DNA of 64,000 bases, taken from assembly GCF_009914755.1 (NCBI RefSeq), contig NC_060934.1. One strand, given 5' to 3'. The notes below the pieces were generated by a model. The model was not told the origin of the DNA and did not search any database. It was given only the letters and a program-made list of their open reading frames with translations. Numbering within the stretch: position 1 is the first letter of the stretch; every line of letters begins with the position of its first letter. This stretch comes from the human T2T-CHM13v2.0 reference genome, Homo sapiens. Positions 52,179 to 64,000 of this stretch are shown piece by piece. The position numbers and the translations under genes are program-made.

Positions 52179-55100
52179 AATGTTGAATATTGGCCCCCAC
52201 TCTCTTCTGGCTTGTAGGGTTTCTGCAGAGAGATCCACTATTAGTCTGGTGGGCTTCCCTTTGTGGGTAACCCAACCTTTCACTCTGGCTGCCATTAACA
52301 TTTTTTTCTTCATTTCAGCCTTGGCGAATCTGACAATTATGTGTCTTGGGGTTGCTCTTCTCAAGGAGTATTTTGCGGTGTTCTCTGTATTTCCTGAATT
52401 TGAATGTTGGCCTGTCTTGCTAGATTGGGGAAATTCTCCTGGATAATAACCTGAAGTGTGTTTCCAACTTGGTTCCATTTTCCCCATCACTTTCAGGTAC
52501 ACCAATGAAATGTAGGTTTGGTCTTTTCATACAGTGCCATATTTCTTGGAGGCTTTGTCTGTTTCTTTTGATTCATTTTTTTCTAATCTTGTCTTCACAC
52601 TTTATTTCATTAATTTGATCTTCAATCTGTGATATTCTTTCTTCTGCTTGATCAATTTGGCTATTGATAATTGTGTATGCTTTATGAAGTTCTCATGCTG
52701 TGTTTTTCAGCTCCATCAGGTCATTTATGTTCTTCTCTAAACTGGTTATTCTAATTAGCAATTCATCTAACCTTTTTTCAAGGTTCCTAGCTTCCTTGCA
52801 TTGAGTTAGAACATGCTCCTTTAACTTGGAGGAGCTTGTTATTACCCACCTTCTGAAGCCTACTTCTGTCAGTTTGTCAAACTCATTCTTCATCCAGTTT
52901 TGTTCCCTTGCTGGCAAGTAGTTGTGATTCTTTGGAGGAGAAGATGTGTTCTGGTTTTTGGAATTTTCAATGTTTTTGTGCAAGTTTTTCCTCATGTTTG
53001 TTGATTTATCTACCTTTGGTCTTTGATGTTGGTGATCTTCATGTGAGGTTTCTTTGCGGACATCTTTTGTGTTGATGTTGATGATATTGCTTTCTGCCTG
53101 TTAGTTTTCCTTCTAATTGTCAGGCCCCTCTGCTTCAGGTCTGGTGGAGTTTGCTGGATGTCTTCTCCAGACTCTGTTTGCCTGGGTATCACCAGTGAAG
53201 CTTGCAGAACAGCAAAGATTGCTGCCTGTTCCTTCCTCTGGAAGCTTCCTCCCAGAGGAGCTCCCACTAGATGCCAGCCAGATGGAGCTCTCCTGTGTCA
53301 TATGTCTGTTGACCCCTGCTAGGAGGTGTCTCCCAGTTAGGAGGCACAGGGATCAGGGACCCACTGGAGGAGGCAGTCTGTTCTTTCAGTGAGCTTGAGC
53401 TGTGCTCTCCCACTGTGCTGGGAGATCAGCTGCTCTCTTCAGAGCAAGAAGGCAGAAAAGTTTAAGTCTGCTGAAGTGTGTCCTCAGCCACCCCTTCCCC
53501 CAGGTCCCCTGTCCAAGTGAGATGGGAGTTTTATCTAACAGCCTCTGCCTGAGGCTGCTGCCTTTCTTTCAGAGGTGCCCTGCTCAGAGAGGAGGAATCT
53601 AGAGAGGCTGTCTGGCTACAGCAGCTTTGCCAAGCTGTGGTGGGTTCTGCCCAGTTCAAACTTCCTGGTGGCTTTGTTTACACTGTGAGGGGAATACTGC
53701 CCACTTCAGACTCAGTAATGGTGAATTCCCCTCCCCCCATCAAGCACTAGTATCTTAGGAAAACTTCAGACTGCAATGCTGGCAGCGACAATTTCCAGCA
53801 AGTGGAACTTAGCTTCTTGTGCTTTGTGGGGGTGGATTCCACTGAGCTAGGCCACTTGGCTCCCTGGCTTCAGCCGCCTTTTCAGGGAAGTGAATGTTTC
53901 TATCTTGCTGGTTTTCCAGGTGCCACTGGGGTATGAAAAATAACTCCTCCAGCTAGCTCAGTGTCTGACCAAATGGCCACCCAGTTTTGTGCTTGAAACC
54001 CTGGGTCCTGGTGGTGTAGACTTCCAATGGAATCTTCTGGTCTGTGGGTTGCAAAGACCATGGGAAAAGCATAGTATCTGGGCCAGAGTGCACCATTCCT
54101 CAAGGCACAATCTCTCATGGCTTCCTTTGGCTAAGGGAGGGGGTTCCCCAACCTCTTGTGCTTCCTGGGTGAGGTGATGCCCCACCCTGCTTTGGCTCAC
54201 TCTCCGTGAGCTGCACCCACTGTCTAACCAGTCCTAGTGACATGTGCCAGGTACCTCAGTTGGAAATGTAGAAATTACCAACCTTCTGCATTGATCTTGT
54301 TGGGAGCTGCAGACTGGAGCTGTTTCTGTTTGGCTATCTTGCAAATGTGTGGGTATTTTAAATGAGATTTACTTTCTGATATAGTTCTCATCTTGAATCT
54401 TATTGGTGTATACAAATTCTACAGATTTTTGTACCCCGAAAGTTTACTGAAGTTGTTAATTAAGTCTAGAAGACTTAAAAAGGGGTTTTTAGATATTTCT
54501 AGGCATATGATTCTATCATCAACTAGCAGAAATAATTTGAGTGCCTCTTTTCCAATTTGAATGTCTTTTCTTTCTTTCTCTTTCTTGGTTGCTCTGTCTA
54601 TAGCTTCCAGTACTATGTCCGGTGAGAGTGCTGAGAGTGGACATCCTTGTCTTGTTGCAGTTCTCAGGGGGATTGTCTTTACTTCTGCACATTCTATATG
54701 GTGTTGGTTGTGGGTTTGTCATAGAAGGGTCTTATTAATTAGAAGTATGCTCCTTTAAAGCCTAATATGTTGTGGGTTTTTATCATAAAACAATATTGAA
54801 TTTAATCCATTGCCTTTTCTATATCTACTGAGGTAATCATATGGTTTTTGTTTTTAGTTGCATTTATTTGGTGACTCACATTCATTCTTCTGTGTATGTG
54901 GAACCATTCTTGCATCCCTGGAATAAAATCCACTTGATTAGGATTTCTGTTTTCTTATTTGTTTGGTTTTTTTAAAAGTCAGCTTTTGTTTTAGATACAG
55001 GGGTACATGTGCTGATTTGTTACATTGGTACACTGTGTGATGCTGAGATTTGGAGTATGGATCCCATCACCCTGGTGGTAAGCATAGTATCTGATAGGTA

Positions 55101-57256
55101 GTTTTTACCCCCTCTCCCACCTTTTAGTTGTCCATAGTGTCTATTTTTTCCCATATCTATGTCTATGTATGCTCAATGCTTAATTCCCACCTATAAGTGG
55201 AAATGCTTATTATTTGGTTTTCTGTACCTATATTAGTTTGCTTAGGATTATGGCCTCCAGCTCCATCCATGTTGCTGCAAAGGACATGATTTCAATCTTT
55301 TTATGGCTGCATAGTACTTCATAGTACATATGTACCATATTTTCTTTATCCAGTCTACCATTAATGGACACATATTTTGATTCCATGCATTTGCTATTGT
55401 GAATAATGCAGTGATGAAGATATGCATGCACATGTCTTTTTGATAGAATTATTTATTCTCTTTTGGGTATATACCCAGTAATGGGGTTGTTGGGTTGAAT
55501 TGTGACTGCGCTTTAAATTCTTTGAGAAACCATCAGACTGATTTCCACAGTGGCTGGACTAATTTGCATTACCACCAACAGTGTATAAGCATTTTGATGT
55601 GCTGTTTGATTTGGTTTGCTAATATTTGTTGAGGATTTCTGCATCTGTGTTCATCAAGAATATTGGCCTGTAGTTGTCCTTTTTTGTGTGGATGTCCTTG
55701 ATTGTTTTTGCTATTAGGGTGATACTGGTTTCATAGAATGAGTTAAGGAGAAATTACTGCCCTTTCACTTTTTGGAGTAGTTTCAGAAACATTGGTATCA
55801 GCTTTCCTTTGTACAACTGACAAAATTTGGCTATGAATCCGCCTGGTCCTGGGCATTTTTTGCTAAAAGATTTTTTATGACTGATTTGATTTCATTACTC
55901 ATTATTGGTATATTCAGGATTTCTATTTATTCCTAGTTCAGTCACGGGAGTTTGTATGTGTCTAGGAATTTATCTATTTTCTTTAAGATTTCGAGTTTGT
56001 ATGCATAGGTGTTCTTAGTAGTCTCTGATAATCTTTTGTATTTCTGAGGTATCACTTATAATGTCACCTTTATTATTTCTGATAGTACTTATTTAAATCT
56101 TTTCCTTATTTCCTGGCTAATCTAGCTGTAGTTGTCTATCTTTTTTTATTCTTTCAAAGAACCACATTTTTGTTTCATTGATTCTTTGTATCATTTTTGG
56201 GGGGCCTCAGTCTCATTTATTTATGCTCTGAACTTTGTTATTTCCTGTCTTACTTAGTTCTGCTCTGATCTTTTTTATTTTCATTCTTCTGTTAGCTTTG
56301 AGATTGGTTTGTGCTTATTTTTCTAGTTCCATGATGTATGACGTTAGGTTAAGTTGGAATCTTTCTATGTTTTTTGATATAGACATTTAACACTATAAAC
56401 TTTTCCCTTAGCATTGCTTTTGCTGTATCCCAGAGGTTTTAGCATACTGTGTCTATATTTAATTTATTTCAAAAAATTATTTGATTTCTGTCTTAATTTC
56501 ATTGTTTACTCAAAGGTCATTCAGGAGCAAGTTGTTTGGTTTCCACATACTTGTTTAGTTTTGAGAGTTCCTCTTCATATTGGTATCTAATTTTATTCTA
56601 CTGTTGTCTGAGAAGACAATATGATTTTGATATTTTTTGAATGTATGAGACTTCCTTTATGGCTAAGCATATAGTGTGGACTTTGGAAATGTTCTTTGTG
56701 CAGTTGAGAAGAATGTATACTCTGCAGTTGTTTGACAGAATGTTCTATACATATCTATTAGGTCTATATGGGCTATAGCCCAATTTAAGTCCAGAAATTC
56801 TTTGTTGATTTTCTGCCTCAATGATCTTCTAGTCATGTCAGTGTGCTGTTGAAGTCCCCTATTATCATTCTATTGCTATCAGTCTGTTTTGTTATGTCTG
56901 GTATTATTTGTTTTATGAACCTGGGTGCTCTGGTTTTGGATGCATATCTATTTAGGATATTTATTTTTTCTTGTTGTATTGAACCCTTTATCATTATAGT
57001 CCTTTTTTTATGATTGTAGGTTTAACATCTGTTTTATCTGATATGAGCATGGCTACTCTGGCTCACTTTAGTTTTCCATTTGCATGATATACCTTTTTCC
57101 CCCCTTTACTTTGAGTCTATAGCCATTTTAGCTGGTAGGTAGGTTTCTTGGAGGCAGCAAATGATTAGGTCCTTTTTTTTTCAATTAAATTTGCAACTCT
57201 GTATCTTTTAAGTAGAATATTTAGGTCACTTACATTCAAGGTTAATATTGATATGT

Positions 57257-57550
<294 letters not shown>

Positions 57551-58651
57551 TTATGTGATGTTTTATTCCTGCCATAGTGTTGTTAGCTAGTTGCCTTTGA
57601 GTTTCAATTGTAAAATTGCTTTATCAGATCTGTGAGCTTTGTACTCATATGTCCTCTTATGGTGAGTATTCCCATTTTGTTTCCAAGTTTAGGACTTTTT
57701 CGATCAGTTCTTGTAGCACCAGGCTAATGGTGAGGAATTCCTTTAATGTTTGTTTGTCTGCAAATGACTATTTCTCTGTCATTTCTGAAGTTTAGTTAGG
57801 CATGATATGAAATTCTTGGTTGGCAGTTCTTTCTTTAAGAATGCTAAAAATAGTCCCTGATCTCTTCTAGCATGCAGGGTTTCTTCTGAGAAGTCCAGTA
57901 TTACTCCAACGAGATTTTCTTTATGGGTGATTAAACGTGTCTTTCTTGATGCTCGTAGGATTTTTTTCCTTCGTGTTGACTTTAGATAGTCTGATGACTA
58001 TATGCCATAGTGAGGTTCTTCTTGCAATAAATCTTCCAGAATCTCTCTGAGCCTCACGAATCTGAATGTCTCAAATTTCTCCTAAGACCAGGGAACTTTT
58101 CCTGAATCTTTTCCTAAACTAGGTTTTCCATACTTTTTAGTTTTTTTCCTTCTCCCTCTGGAATGCCAGTAACTTGTAGTTTTGGATGCTTTACAGAATT
58201 CCATATTTTTCAAAGGCATTGTTCACTTTTAAAACCCTTTCCTCTTTATTTTTGTTTGACTGGATTAATTCAAAAGACCTGTCTTCCAGGTCTGAAATTC
58301 TTCCACTTGGTCTAGTCTTTTGTTAAACTTTCAACTGTATTTTGTGAATCCTTCAGTGATTTTTTTTTTAATTTCTAGAAGTTCTGTTTGGTTTTAAAAA
58401 TGATATCTATCTCTTTTTTCATATCATGAATTGTTTTTCTGATTTATTTGTGTTGGTCTTTAACTTTCTCTTGGACCTCACTGAGCTTTTTAAAATCAAT
58501 ACCTTGCATTATTTATTTGGTATTCAAAGATTTTATTTTTGTTAGTACGATCCTTTGGAGGTGTTATAACACTTCATATTTTCATACTTTTCGAGTTGTT
58601 TCTCTGCTTCCCTCTCATTTGAATGAGTTATTTCTCCTTCTTGTTTTTTGA

Positions 58652-59372
<721 letters not shown>

Positions 59373-59989
59373 TTAAGAAGGTGTGTATTATGTATGCTAT
59401 TTAGGGTCCTTTGGCTTTGTTTCTGGGTGCTTTCAGTGGCAAAGTGTTTGTAAAAGTTCCTTGGTTATAAATAGGCTTTGTATAATGGCTTTCCCAAATG
59501 CTGGTTGAAATAGTGCTGTACAGGGTATGTGAGCAGGTTCATTTCCTCCTCTGGGGCTATAGTGTGGAGGTCTCAGAAAGCATATCTTGTTCCCCAGTGC
59601 TGTGAGGTTGTGTCATCAGATTTTCTATTGTGTTATGCATTTCTAACTCTGGAACAGCTGGTGGTACTTATAGGTAAGAGCTGGCTAAGGTTAATGCATA
59701 TGTGTATATACTTGATCCTTGTTTACTTGTAGAAGCTCTCTGTTACCTCAAGCAATGGGCTGATCACTGGCAAGCACACTTGTGTGAGCTCCCAGCTTAG
59801 CCCTCAAATGGAGGACCAAGACAGGTGGAGCTAGATGAGACAGGCCTGCCTACAGGTCTCCTAGTGTCAGGAACAAGTATCAGCTTTGAAAGCAGGTCTA
59901 GTGGGCCATAGTCAGGTATCTGGAGGTGTGCTAACTCATATTGTCAGGAAATCCTGGCTGCCCCAAGTCCTCTGCATGGGTGGAGTGGC

Positions 59990-60700
59990 CTAAACTTCTA
60001 ATTTAGAATAGTGGGTGCTTCAAGTGCCTGGAGATATTTCTGGCCATCAAGCAGAGACCATGGCTGCACCAATATCTCTTCACCTGAAGGGAAGGGTACT
60101 TCAGGATCCTTATCCAGGGAAGCAGTGTACCAAATGCCTGGAAATATGCCTGGGGATGTAGCAAAAAAAACTACTGCTGCCAAAACATCTTTGTAGGGGA
60201 TAAGAGGGGCAAGTCAAGCTCCTAATCCCGGGGAGTATGTGCACCTCAAGCTGCATGTGACATGACTAGGGAATGAGCACAGAAATCACCACAACAAGGT
60301 CTTTGCATGGGAAGGTAGAGGCTGTTCAAACTCCTAATCATTGAGGATGGGTTTGCAGAATGCCTGCAGTTATGTCTGGGTGTGCAGCAGAGGAAGCGCT
60401 ACTGCACTAAGGTCTTTGTGTGGGAAGAAGTGGTGGCTCAAGCTCCTATTCCAGTGAGCAGGTACACCCAAAGCTTGGTGATATGTGTAGGCATGGAGCA
60501 AAGAGTGTGCCTCTGCACCAAGGTCTCTTCATGGGAAGGAAGGGGAAGCTCAGGCTGCTAATCCAGCTGAGTGGGTGCTCCAAATGCTTGGAAAAATGAC
60601 CAGGAATGGAGGGGAGGGTGCACCTACCACCTTGCCAAGATCTTAGTAAGGAAAGGGTAGCTTGGCTCAGGCTCCCAATACAGGTAAGCAGGAGTGTGGT
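59990..60700. repeat. Degenerate ~112-bp tandem array (about 6-7 units) in the old L1 5' UTR
   Basis: The motif caagctcctaatcc...caaatgcctgga...gcaccaaggtctttgcatgggaagg recurs near 59995, 60104, 60216, 60327, 60439, 60551 and 60668. Confidence 0.7.
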
Positions 60701-62786
60701 TTGCTTGTCTCCTGTTTCTCAGAACTGGTGGGACACTCTCTCATGACTGAACAAGGGAGCAGGATGGGCATCCAGCAATGACACAGGCAGCCCAGTTCCA
60801 GGTCATAAAGCTGTCCCTGACTGCAAGGCGTGATGCCCAAGAGAAACCTTGATTTCAGCAACTCTCCTTCCACTCCAGTCCTGTGATGGGAGAGAGCTCA
60901 ACTCCAGTGCTTACTGTTGGGGTGCTCACCACACTCACTGCTCAATTCTGACTGTGGGTGCCCTTTCCCTGCTCCAGAGCAAGCGCTTCAGTCTCTGGCC
61001 TGAGACTAAAATGCCTGCAGTGACTGCTGCTGCCAGGTCACCAAACAATGACTGACTTTGCAGGAGCGCAGATTTAAAATGGCATTGTCTTCTCAGTTCC
61101 AGGTCTGGGAAAACACCTGCAGATTTTCCTGATGTCTTTCCCTTTCATCACCTTCCAGCCTCTCTCTAAGTTAGTTCCAGCGTTTGGGGCCTGGATCTCT
61201 AGCAGAAAGGAGATTCAGAGAGGGAGACTCTCTGGCCCTCTCACATACTGGGGGCTTCACCCATTTTGATAAGCTGAACACCATCATGGGGCCTGCATTC
61301 CCACCTCCTTCACTTGGGATCTGAAGTGTGTTTCACTATTTCAGCGAATTCCCACATTTTTTCTTGAATTAAAGCTCACACAATTGATCTTTATATACTA
61401 TTTTTCTATTTCCAAGTGGCTGAGGTATGTTAAAGCCTCTAATCTGCCATCTTGAGAAAAAAAACACACATTTTTTAAAAAAGAAACAAAATGATAGTTT
61501 TATTTATTTGTGAATTTATATCAATGGAATCATCCAATAGTACTTATTTACTGTCCAGTACTTTCATTTAATGTGTCGTGACATTCAATCAAGTTGTTGC
61601 AGGCAGAAATAGCTGTTATCTTTTTCTTAGTGTTTCACTTTATGAGCATTTTACAATTGTTTTATGATATTGCTTCAAACATTTGCCTTGCTTCCAGTGT
61701 GGGGCTATTGTGAATAGCACTATTATATACATTCCTATACATGTCTTTTTGCTATCACAAGGTATTGTTGCATTTCTGTTCAGTACATACCTACAACCGC
61801 AATTGCTAGATATGCGTGTATTTACTTTAGATAAATTCTGCCAAAGGACTATCCAAATGGTTGAACTATTTTACTAATTTTTCCATGAGACTGTGATTGT
61901 TTCGCTTTCTCATCAACAGACAACATAATGTGTCCTTTTTTCATTTGAACCATTCTGATGAATTATATAATAATATCTAATTGAAGTTTTAGTTTGTATT
62001 TCCATAAAGCTTAATGATGCTGAGCAATTCAAGTTTGCATTGTCAACAGTGATCCTTCATTTGTGAAAGCCTAGTTTATTTTGCATACATAAGCGCACTG
62101 TTGGCTTTATTTTTTAAAAAAACAATCACTGGTATATAGAAGAACTGCTTGTTCATGCAAATAATTGTTTCACATGGAACCTTTTGAAAGTAAATACTAA
62201 CCTGATTCCAGATACTTGAGGTATTTTAGTATGTATTTACTCAAAACAATGTGCTTGTGCTTCTCTTATATAACTATAGTAAAACCATCAGGATCAGAAA
62301 ATTAATGTTAATGCACTGGAACTTTCTAATTCTTGTTCCTGTTGGTGTTTTACCAAAAGTCCCAAAATATATGCTTTTTGTCCCTCTCATAATTTAGTTC
62401 AGAATCCAGAATCGCATGCCACAACTAGCTGTCATGTCTCTTTCATCAACTTCAGTGTGGAGCAGTTCTTCAGTTATTATTTGACTTCCAAGACATTGCC
62501 ACTCTTTGAGAGTATAGGCTGAATACTTATAAAATGTCCCTCAATTTAGGCCTGTCTGATGTTTTTTGATGACTAAATTCAGCAGAGGAATCTCTGCTAG
62601 GAATATCACAGAGGATACTTTTCATTTTTGAGTGATAGACAATTTCAATGTGTTTCATCAGAATGATGTCATTTGATTACTAGGTTTAGATAGTTTGTGG
62701 CTGTCTTCTCCATTGTAACTAGGTTCTTCTCAACTATGTAACTTAGATGTATTCTGTGGGTAGATTCTTTGAAATTTTGTAATTAT

Positions 62787-63305
62787 TGTAAACTAAAAAT
62801 AAATCCTAAGCCTGCTTGGACAAGGGAACCTCAGCAAAAACCTTAAAAACTATTCCTGGCCACGAGAGGATGGGAGGTCAGACATGCCTCTTTAGACCCC
62901 CTCTCTTTTGTGGTTTACACAAAACAACTCATCAACATTAGTGTTAAAATAGAGGTCGTAAGACTGATGGGGTGGACTTTTTGTGGCAATAAGATACCAA
63001 CTTATAAATAGGACCTAAGGTCATGGCAGGCAAGAGTTAGGTCATTCACCTCTACACTTAAAGAATAAACTGTGTTCTAACTGGCACAAGGTTTTAATTT
63101 TTCTCTAGCAACTATACAAGCACGGGCCTCCACCAGATGCTCACCCCTTCCCACTGTTCCACAAGCCATAGCTACAGCTTTCATTGGACAAGAGACTGAT
63201 TTCAGTAACTTTATTCTGATAAGAGGACCACTGAACCTGCTGTACTGGTTCTGACTGTTTATAGAGGCTTTGTGCTTGAGTGCCCTCATGTCCCTGCTCC
63301 ATTTT
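62787..63305 (+). mobile_element. MER4-family ERV1 LTR, 3'-truncated
   Basis: Starts tgtaaactaaaaataaatcctaagcc and contains gtggcaataagataccaacttataaataggacctaagg; the family is from recall. Confidence 0.6.
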
Positions 63306-63889
63306 TTCGCCTATGGGGTTAAAGATGAGTGGATCAGTGAAGTAGAAATGGAGATTAAGTGTCTAAATTCATGCCTCTGTTTTGGTATTATTGTGAACAC
63401 TAATAATATTTGAATTTTTTTCACTTTATGTTTTCAACTTAGAGTCAAGTATGAATATATACTTTCATATTGCTAATCATATGTTCTGGGTTTTATTCTT
63501 CTGTCTCCAAACAAGAACAAAATCCTTGGAAAGTCTCAACAGATTACATTATTTTTCTAATTTATATTTCTTGTTTTACACTTAACATAAATGCATTGGT
63601 AATTTGATTCTATGGCCCTGAAGTAATTAGCCTCATTTTATCTCCAAATAATACACAACTGAACTGATTTTCTCAATATTTCCCTGAAGGTTGTTTCTTC
63701 CCTTGGACAGACTTTCTCTGTTATAAAGCCAAACCTTCAGTAACTCTAGATGACAAACATCCAGAGACCTTCCTCACCCTCTTCTCCTTTGTCACTATCT
63801 GCTTATTATTATGAGGACAAGCCTGGCCTCCTGGCACTCTCTTTTCTTTATTTCTTGCATTATGCACAAAAGAGGGAAAGTCTGAGAAC

Positions 63890-64000
63890 TGAACCAGCAA
63901 TTAATAACACTTTTTATTTAGCACATTCACAAAAGAAATGGATCTAAATTATCATTCATTAATCACTTTTCTGTGTTTTACAGTGATAACATATTAAAAA
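63890..64000 (-). other. CYP2C8: 3' end of the CYP2C8 3' UTR (gene continues beyond the window, convergent with CYP2C9)
   Basis: The - strand reads ...ccatttcttttgtgaatgtgctaaataaaaagtgttattaattgctggttca, homologous to CYP2C9 gcatttcttttctgcatgttctaaataaaaagcattattatttgctgagtca (16476-16527). Identity as CYP2C8 rests on recall of its mRNA end and the cluster order. Confidence 0.85.
63913..63918 (-). terminator. Polyadenylation signal AATAAA of CYP2C8
   Basis: tttatt on the + strand, at the position paralogous to the CYP2C9 signal. Confidence 0.8.

Noticed and set aside
51825-52505. 226-aa ORF
   Set aside because: It is a chance read-through of L1 ORF1, an antisense Alu and an L1 tail.

Overview
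This window is primate (almost certainly human) genomic DNA from the CYP2C cluster, recognised from the protein sequence; from recall the locus is chr10q23.33. On the + strand it holds the 3' part of CYP2C9: most of intron 6, exons 7-9 and the 3' UTR, with reference residues at the *3, *5, *11 and *12 sites. The last ~110 bp are the extreme 3' UTR and poly(A) signal of a convergent CYP2C gene on the - strand, which I recognise as CYP2C8. The ~47-kb intergenic gap is mostly transposable elements: a deleted HERV-I/LTR10 provirus with both LTRs and a tRNA-Ile PBS, nested L1s, Alus, MaLR LTRs and a piggyBac (PGBD4/MER75-family) relic. It also holds two CYP2C 'detritus' fragments: a disabled exon 2+3 pair (- strand) and an open, splice-site-intact CYP2C8-like exon 6 with ~1.2 kb of its intron (+ strand). 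Most entries in the ORF track are L1/Alu/ERV fragments or noise. I found no new multi-gene biological system. The most interesting signals are structural: a ~330-bp micro-inversion just past the CYP2C8 3' end relative to CYP2C9, an atypical piggyBac deletion derivative that keeps the transposase C-terminus, an orphan P450 I-helix exon, a short L1 3' transduction, and a target site hit twice. Repeat subfamily names and gene-fragment symbols come from recall, not from a search.
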